Below are positions 58,618-63,464 of a stretch of DNA of 63,464 nucleotides, piece by piece. Source of the DNA: an uncultured Gemmatimonadaceae bacterium (GTDB lineage Bacteria > Gemmatimonadota > Gemmatimonadetes > Longimicrobiales > RSA9); NCBI GenBank assembly GCA_964416095.1, contig CAYQCY010000001.1, positions 7,064-70,527 on the forward strand. Reading direction: 5' to 3'. A program made the position numbers and the translations under genes. Below the pieces are notes generated by a model. That model searched no databases. It was not told where the DNA came from and saw nothing but the letters and a program-made list of their open reading frames with translations. Each line of letters starts with the position of its first letter. The first letter of the stretch is position 1.

Positions 58618-59265
58618 GTGGAGGCGATGACGGAACCGAGGCACGAGAGCGAACAGGACCGCACGGTGGAAGAGGCGGAGAGGGACGACGTCGTCGCGGA
58701 CGACCCCTCGGAGGAGGGGAACGGCCCGGCGGCGGTAGCGGAAGCCGACGAGGCGGACGTGGAGGCGGCGCTGGAGGACGAGGCGTCGGAGCTCGAGCAG
58801 GTGCACGAGGAGCTCGAGGCGCTGGAGGAACGCCACCTCCGGCTGGCGGCGGAGTTCGACAACTATCGGAAGCGCAACGAGCGGGAGCGGATGGAGCAGC
58901 GGGCGCGCTCCCAGGCCCAGGTCGTGGCGGAGCTGCTGGAGGCGCTGGATGACCTGGAGCGGGTCGCGCACGTGGACGTGGAGTCGGCCACCGTGGAATC
59001 GCTGCTGGAGGGGGTGCAGCTCGTGGAGCGGAAGCTGCGCCGCTCGCTGGAGTCTGCGGGGCTCGAAGTTCTGGAGGCCGAGGGCGAGGTGTTCGATCCG
59101 AACACCATGGACGCCATGATGACCGTGCCCACGCCCATCGAGGAGGAGGAGGACACGGTGGCGGATGTCTTCCAGAAGGGGTATCGCTTCAAGGATGTGC
59201 TGATCCGGCCTGCCCGGGTGCGCGTGAAGAAGTACGCCCCGGACGTGGACGCGGAGGACGCCTGA
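58618..59265 (+). CDS. grpE: Nucleotide exchange factor GrpE
   Basis: [34 protein letters not shown]. Confidence 0.96.
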   Translation: MEAMTEPRHESEQDRTVEEAERDDVVADDPSEEGNGPAAVAEADEADVEAALEDEASELEQVHEELEALEERHLRLAAEFDNYRKRNERERMEQRARSQAQVVAELLEALDDLERVAHVDVESATVESLLEGVQLVERKLRRSLESAGLEVLEAEGEVFDPNTMDAMMTVPTPIEEEEDTVADVFQKGYRFKDVLIRPARVRVKKYAPDVDAEDA

Positions 59266-59269
59266 CGGG

Positions 59270-60394
59270 ATGTCGACGGCAACGAAGGATTACTACCAGA
59301 TCCTGGGGGTCTCCGAGAAGGCGAGCGCCGCCGAGATCAAGAAGGCGTACCGGAAGCTCGCCAAGCGGTTTCATCCGGACGCCAATCCGGACGACGCCGA
59401 GGCGGCGGAGCGCTTCAAGGAGGTCGGCGAGGCGTACGCCGTGCTTTCCGACCCCGAGAAGCGCAAGAAGTACGATCAGATGCGGAAGTACGGTCCCCTG
59501 GGCGGGTTCGGCTTCACCGGCCGCGGCCGACCCGGGGCCGGCGCCCCGGGCGGCGCCGAGACCTTCCGCATGGAGGACCTGGGCGACCTGGGCGATCTGG
59601 GCGGGCTCGGCGACCTGTTCAGCTCGATCTTCGACCTGGGCAAGCGACGACGGCCGCGCGGGACGAAGGCCGCCAAGGGCCCGGACATCGAGTACAGCGT
59701 CGAGATCCCGTTCAAGACGGCGGCACGGGGCGGGAAGATCGACATCTCGGTTCCGGTGACGGAAGAATGCGCCGTGTGCGGCGGCACCGGCGCCAAGCCG
59801 GGCACGAAGCTCAAGCAGTGCCCGGAGTGCAAGGGCACGGGCACGATCTCGTTCGGCCAGGGCGGCTTCGCGGTGAACCGGCCGTGTCCGGCGTGCTACG
59901 GCAGGGGCCAGGTCCCGAGCGATCCCTGCGCCGCGTGCGGTGGCAGTGGTCAGGTCAGGCAGCAGCGCAAGATCCGGGTCAACGTCCCCGCGGGCGTCGA
60001 GACCGGTTCCAGGCTCCGGCTGTCCGGTCAGGGCGAGCGGGGACGGGACGGCGGTCCGCCCGGCGACGTGATCATCGTGTTCCAGGTGAAGAAGGACCGC
60101 TTCTTCCGCAGGGACGGGCTGGACGTGCACTGCACGGTCCCCATCAACGTGGCCCAGGCCCTGCTGGGCTCGAAGATCCGGGTGCGAACGGTGGACGGGA
60201 AGCGGGTCGCCCTCAGGATCCCGCCGGGCACCCAATCGGGGACCCGGTTCCGCCTGGCGGGGCAGGGCATCGAGAAGGCCGGGCGTCGCGGCGACCAGTA
60301 CGTCGAGGTCAAGATCACGGTGCCGGAGACGCTGGACCCGAATCAGGAGCGCCTGGCCCGGGAGTTCGCCGACGCGGCCGATCTCAAGCACTGA
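59270..60394 (+). CDS. dnaJ: Molecular chaperone DnaJ (class A)
   Basis: KDYY, HPD, G/F region, four CxxCxGxG repeats. Confidence 0.97.
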   Translation: MSTATKDYYQILGVSEKASAAEIKKAYRKLAKRFHPDANPDDAEAAERFKEVGEAYAVLSDPEKRKKYDQMRKYGPLGGFGFTGRGRPGAGAPGGAETFRMEDLGDLGDLGGLGDLFSSIFDLGKRRRPRGTKAAKGPDIEYSVEIPFKTAARGGKIDISVPVTEECAVCGGTGAKPGTKLKQCPECKGTGTISFGQGGFAVNRPCPACYGRGQVPSDPCAACGGSGQVRQQRKIRVNVPAGVETGSRLRLSGQGERGRDGGPPGDVIIVFQVKKDRFFRRDGLDVHCTVPINVAQALLGSKIRVRTVDGKRVALRIPPGTQSGTRFRLAGQGIEKAGRRGDQYVEVKITVPETLDPNQERLAREFADAADLKH

Positions 60395-60400
60395 CCGGCT

Positions 60401-61465
60401 CTAGCGGATCAGGCCCCCACCCGCCAGCGCACGGTCGCGGTACACGGCGCCCGACTGTCCCGGGGTGACGGCACGGTGGGGCTCGTCGAGGCGGAGCTCG
60501 ATGCCACCGGCGTCCCGATGCTCCACCACGGCATCCACCAGCGGCGCCCGGTGCCGCAGCCGCACACGCACCGTCTCGCCGGCCTCCGGTGCCGTGTCCA
60601 GCCAGTTGGTCCGGTCCAGGACGACACGATCCCGGTACAGCTCCTCGTCGGATCCCACCACGACCCGGTTCTCCGACGGCACCACGCCCAGCACGTAGAG
60701 GCGGTGCCCATGACCGCCGCCCAGCCCGCGTCGCTGGCCCACGGTGTAGCGGGCGTACCCGTCGTGGCGGCCGATGACCGCGCCGTCCCTCCGGGTCACG
60801 GGACCGCCGGACAGGGACGGGTGGTCGGCTCCCAGGCGGTCCGCCAGGAAATCGGCGTAGTCGCCCGTGGGCACGAAGCAGATCTCCTGGGACTCGGCCT
60901 TCTCGGCCGTGGCCAGGCCGAGGGCCCGGGCCCGGTCCCGGACCTCGGGCTTCGTCAGCGTGCCGACGGGGAAGAGGAGCACGTCCAGCACGTCCCGGGG
61001 CACGTCCCAGAGGAAGTAGGTCTGGTCCTTGTCCTCGTCGGCGCTCCGCAGCATGCGCGCGCTCCCGTCCGTCCGCTCGATGCGGGCGTAGTGGCCCGTC
61101 GCGATGGCGTCGGCGCCCAGCGCACGGCCCCGCCGCAGCAGGTCGGGGATCTTCGTGTTCGAGTTGCACCGCACGCACGGGTTCGGCGTCCGCCCGGCCA
61201 CGTACTCCTTCACGAAGTCGTCCATGACGGCGTCGGCGAAGGAGTCTTCCATGTCGAAGACGTAGTGGGGAATGCCCAGGTGCTCGCAAGCCCGCCGGGC
61301 GTCCATGATGCCATCCAGCCCGCAGCAGGTCCTGCCGTGGGACGGCGTCTCCCCGTAGCAGAACGTTCTCATGGTGGCGCCGATCACCCGGTGGCCCTGC
61401 TCCACGAGGAGCGCCGCGGCCACCGAGGAGTCCACACCGCCGGACATGGCCACGAGCACCGTCAT
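60401..61465 (-). CDS. mnmA: tRNA 2-thiouridine(34) synthase
   Basis: AMSGGVDS, TPNPCVRCN, ATGHYA, KDQTYFL, ESQEICF, TVGQRRGL, TPGQ. Confidence 0.97.
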   Translation of the reverse strand: MTVLVAMSGGVDSSVAAALLVEQGHRVIGATMRTFCYGETPSHGRTCCGLDGIMDARRACEHLGIPHYVFDMEDSFADAVMDDFVKEYVAGRTPNPCVRCNSNTKIPDLLRRGRALGADAIATGHYARIERTDGSARMLRSADEDKDQTYFLWDVPRDVLDVLLFPVGTLTKPEVRDRARALGLATAEKAESQEICFVPTGDYADFLADRLGADHPSLSGGPVTRRDGAVIGRHDGYARYTVGQRRGLGGGHGHRLYVLGVVPSENRVVVGSDEELYRDRVVLDRTNWLDTAPEAGETVRVRLRHRAPLVDAVVEHRDAGGIELRLDEPHRAVTPGQSGAVYRDRALAGGGLIR

Positions 61466-62598
61466 GCCGGGACCTCCGTCCTGTCGCGCAGCCGGTCCAC
61501 GACCCGGGGCAGCACCTCCAGCGCCCGGTCCACCTCCTCCGCGGACGTGGTGCGACCCAGGGAGAGGCGCAGCGCCACCCCGTCGCCGTCGGCGCCGGTC
61601 GCCACCATGACGTGGCTCGCTCGGCTCGCCCCGCTGCCACAGGCCGAGCCGGTCGATGCCGCGATCCCCTCCAGGTCCAGCGCCGGGAGGAGCATCTCCC
61701 GGTCCACGCCGGGGATGGTCACGTTCAGGATGTGCGCCACCCGGTCCCCGCCGTTCACCCTGAGCCCTTCGATGGCCGCGCCCAGTCCGCTTTCGAGGCG
61801 GTCCCGGAGTCCGCCGAGGCGCAGGGCCTCCACCTCCCGCTCCGCTACCGCCAGCTCCACCGCCACCGCCAGGCCCACCGCGCCGGCCACATTCTCCGTT
61901 CCCGGCCGGAAACCTCGCTCCTGCCCGCCGCCCCAGGCCAGCGGCTCCAGGACGATGCCGTCCCGCACGTACAGGACGCCCACACCCTTCGGCCCGCCCA
62001 GCTTGTGGGCCGATAGGGAGAGCAGGTCCACCGGCGTCTTGTCCACTCGCACCGGGACCCGGCCCACCGCCTGCACCGCGTCGCTGTGGAACGCCACACC
62101 AGCCTCCCGGCAGCGCGCGCCCAGCTCCGCCACCGGCTGGAGCGTGCCCAACTCGTTGTTCGCCCACATGACCGAGACCACGGACGGTGTCGCCCGGATC
62201 GCCTCGTCCAGGGCGTCCTCCTCCACTCGCCCGGCCCCGTCCACACCCAGGACCAGCACCGGCGAGCCCGCCCGGCCTACCGCCTTGGCCGGCCCCAGAA
62301 CCGCCTGATGCTCCACGGCCGAGCAGACGACGGGTCCGCCCGCCGCCCGCCACCGGCCCAGCACCGCCAGGTTGTCCGCCTCGGTCCCGCCGCTCGTGAA
62401 CACGACCTCGCGCCGCTCCGCGCCCAACGCGGACGCCACCCGGGACCGGGCCTCCTCCAGCACCGCCCGGGCCTCACGGCCACGGCCGTGCACGCTCGAC
62501 GGATTGCCGGTCCCGAGACGGCGGCGCAACGCCTCTTCCACCTCCGGCCGCACCGGCGTCGTCGCCGCGTGATCCAGGTAGATGTCGTCTCCGCTCAT
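61462..62598 (-). CDS. iscS: Cysteine desulfurase (IscS/NifS family)
   Basis: YLDHAATTP, NPSS, FTSGGTE, HSDAVQ, SAHK (PLP Lys), STGSAC catalytic Cys. Confidence 0.94.
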   Translation of the reverse strand: MSGDDIYLDHAATTPVRPEVEEALRRRLGTGNPSSVHGRGREARAVLEEARSRVASALGAERREVVFTSGGTEADNLAVLGRWRAAGGPVVCSAVEHQAVLGPAKAVGRAGSPVLVLGVDGAGRVEEDALDEAIRATPSVVSVMWANNELGTLQPVAELGARCREAGVAFHSDAVQAVGRVPVRVDKTPVDLLSLSAHKLGGPKGVGVLYVRDGIVLEPLAWGGGQERGFRPGTENVAGAVGLAVAVELAVAEREVEALRLGGLRDRLESGLGAAIEGLRVNGGDRVAHILNVTIPGVDREMLLPALDLEGIAASTGSACGSGASRASHVMVATGADGDGVALRLSLGRTTSAEEVDRALEVLPRVVDRLRDRTEVPA

Positions 62599-62676
62599 GG
62601 ACTCATCAACCCCGACAGACGCCCGAGGGTCCCGCCCGTGGCCATCCACGGACCCTTTCCCTATGTTCTCGTCCCC

Positions 62677-63006
62677 ATGCTTCACGCCGCACACGACCCG
62701 CCGCCCCACGAGTTCCGGGCCACGGTGCACGGCACCGTCTTCGCCGACCGCGCGGACCACCTCGAGCGCCTCCAGCCCGGCGACGACCTCATCCTCATCC
62801 CGGATCCACCTCTGGACGACGCACCCGGCGTCTGGGTCCACGTCCCCAGCGGCGACCTCCTCGGTCACCTGCCCCCGGAGATCGAGGCCTGGCTCGCACC
62901 CTGGATGCTCCGCGGCGGTCGCGCCCGGGCCCGCGCCGTCCGCGTCGAAGACGCCGACACGCCGAGCTGGCGCCGCCTCCTCATCGAGGTCCGCTGCACC
63001 CTTTAG
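62677..63006 (+). CDS. Stand-alone HIRAN-domain-like protein
   Basis: V.GTVF, L.PGD.L.L.PDP, V.VH...G..LGHLP.EI...LAP pattern typical of HIRAN folds; no SD, TATGTT 10 bp upstream. Confidence 0.65.
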   Translation: MLHAAHDPPPHEFRATVHGTVFADRADHLERLQPGDDLILIPDPPLDDAPGVWVHVPSGDLLGHLPPEIEAWLAPWMLRGGRARARAVRVEDADTPSWRRLLIEVRCTL

Positions 63007-63019
63007 GCGCAACGCCACC

Positions 63020-63071
63020 GGGACAGACACGGGACAGCGCCCCGGCGGGCACATGGGACATCCATGGGACA
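63020..63071 (+). repeat. Two pairs of GGGACA direct repeats with 11-bp period
   Basis: GGGACA at 63020, 63031, 63055, 63066. Confidence 0.75.
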
Positions 63072-63307
63072 GGCAGCCGGCGCCGGCCCGGCGCCCGGAA
63101 TGCCGTAAGATATTGCTGGACAATACGATGGGGTAGGTTCTGTGCCTGACGCACCGTCGCGGCGCGGGCCTTGCCCCCGAAAGCGGCGGCCGGATCAGAC
63201 ACGTAATCCTCCCTACATGTCCATACCAGGTCCCCAGGCCCGCGCTCCCGGACCATCCTGCCACACAATCCGGCCCCGGGAGCGCGGCGCCCCCCTTTCG
63301 GTACTTC

Positions 63308-63464
63308 GAGGAGGATACGGCGAGATAGGTGCGGCGAGGTGTGAACGGCGAGGAGGATACGGCGAGGGGGTGCGGCGAGGAGGATACGGCGAGGAGGATA
63401 CGGCGAGGGGGATACGGCGAGGGGGTGCGGCGAGGAGGATACGGCGAGGAGGATACGGCGAGGG
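63308..63464 (+). repeat. Tandem array of 13/14-bp units (consensus GAGGAGGATACGGC), truncated by window end
   Basis: 11 full units plus a partial one; six exact consensus copies. Confidence 0.95.

Noticed and set aside
63129-63160. Group II intron 3' end (- strand ...ACCTACCCCAT)
   Set aside because: No domain V catalytic hairpin (AGC/CGC triad stem) upstream and no RT gene; the resemblance covers only a few bases.
63308-63464. CRISPR array
   Set aside because: The units are contiguous 13-14-mers with no unique spacers, and no cas genes are present.

Overview
High-GC (roughly 70%, estimated by eye) bacterial chromosomal segment of mostly core genes on the + strand: glmM-glmS-dtd-maf-mtnA-glpK, recA, alaS, gmhA, cca, rarA, hflX, pdxJ, ispE-tRNA-Gln, prs-rplY-pth, hppA, ychF, rpsF-rpsR-rplI-rsfS, smc, aroF, SRP RNA-dnaX-ybaB-recR-mglB-mglA, pgsA-cinA and grpE-dnaJ, with iscS-mnmA on the - strand. 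Gene content (Myxococcus-like MglA/MglB, ADOP-type permease, 6-bladed propeller lipoprotein, plug-only TonB-like protein) suggests Gemmatimonadota; this is inference. There is no CRISPR array, transposase, integrase or phage gene. Most unusual signals: (1) an SMC whose hinge appears to lack its second half, including the glycine motif, translationally coupled to an upstream Walker-A-less MinD-like/TM/SPOR protein and preceded by a metalloprotease-propeller-Omp85 fusion; (2) several gene-less elements built from low-complexity 7/9/14-nt repeat arms (inverted pairs at 33747-33909 and 37045-37238, a tandem array at the right end); (3) an SRP RNA with a non-GNRA apical loop; (4) an Hpt-like protein with Arg at the phospho-His position; (5) integrase-arm-like paired GGGACA repeats and a long hairpin near the right end; (6) two deletion-type pseudogenes. 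Start codons were moved by eye from the ORF track to the most plausible start. All family assignments come from motif recognition, not database searches.
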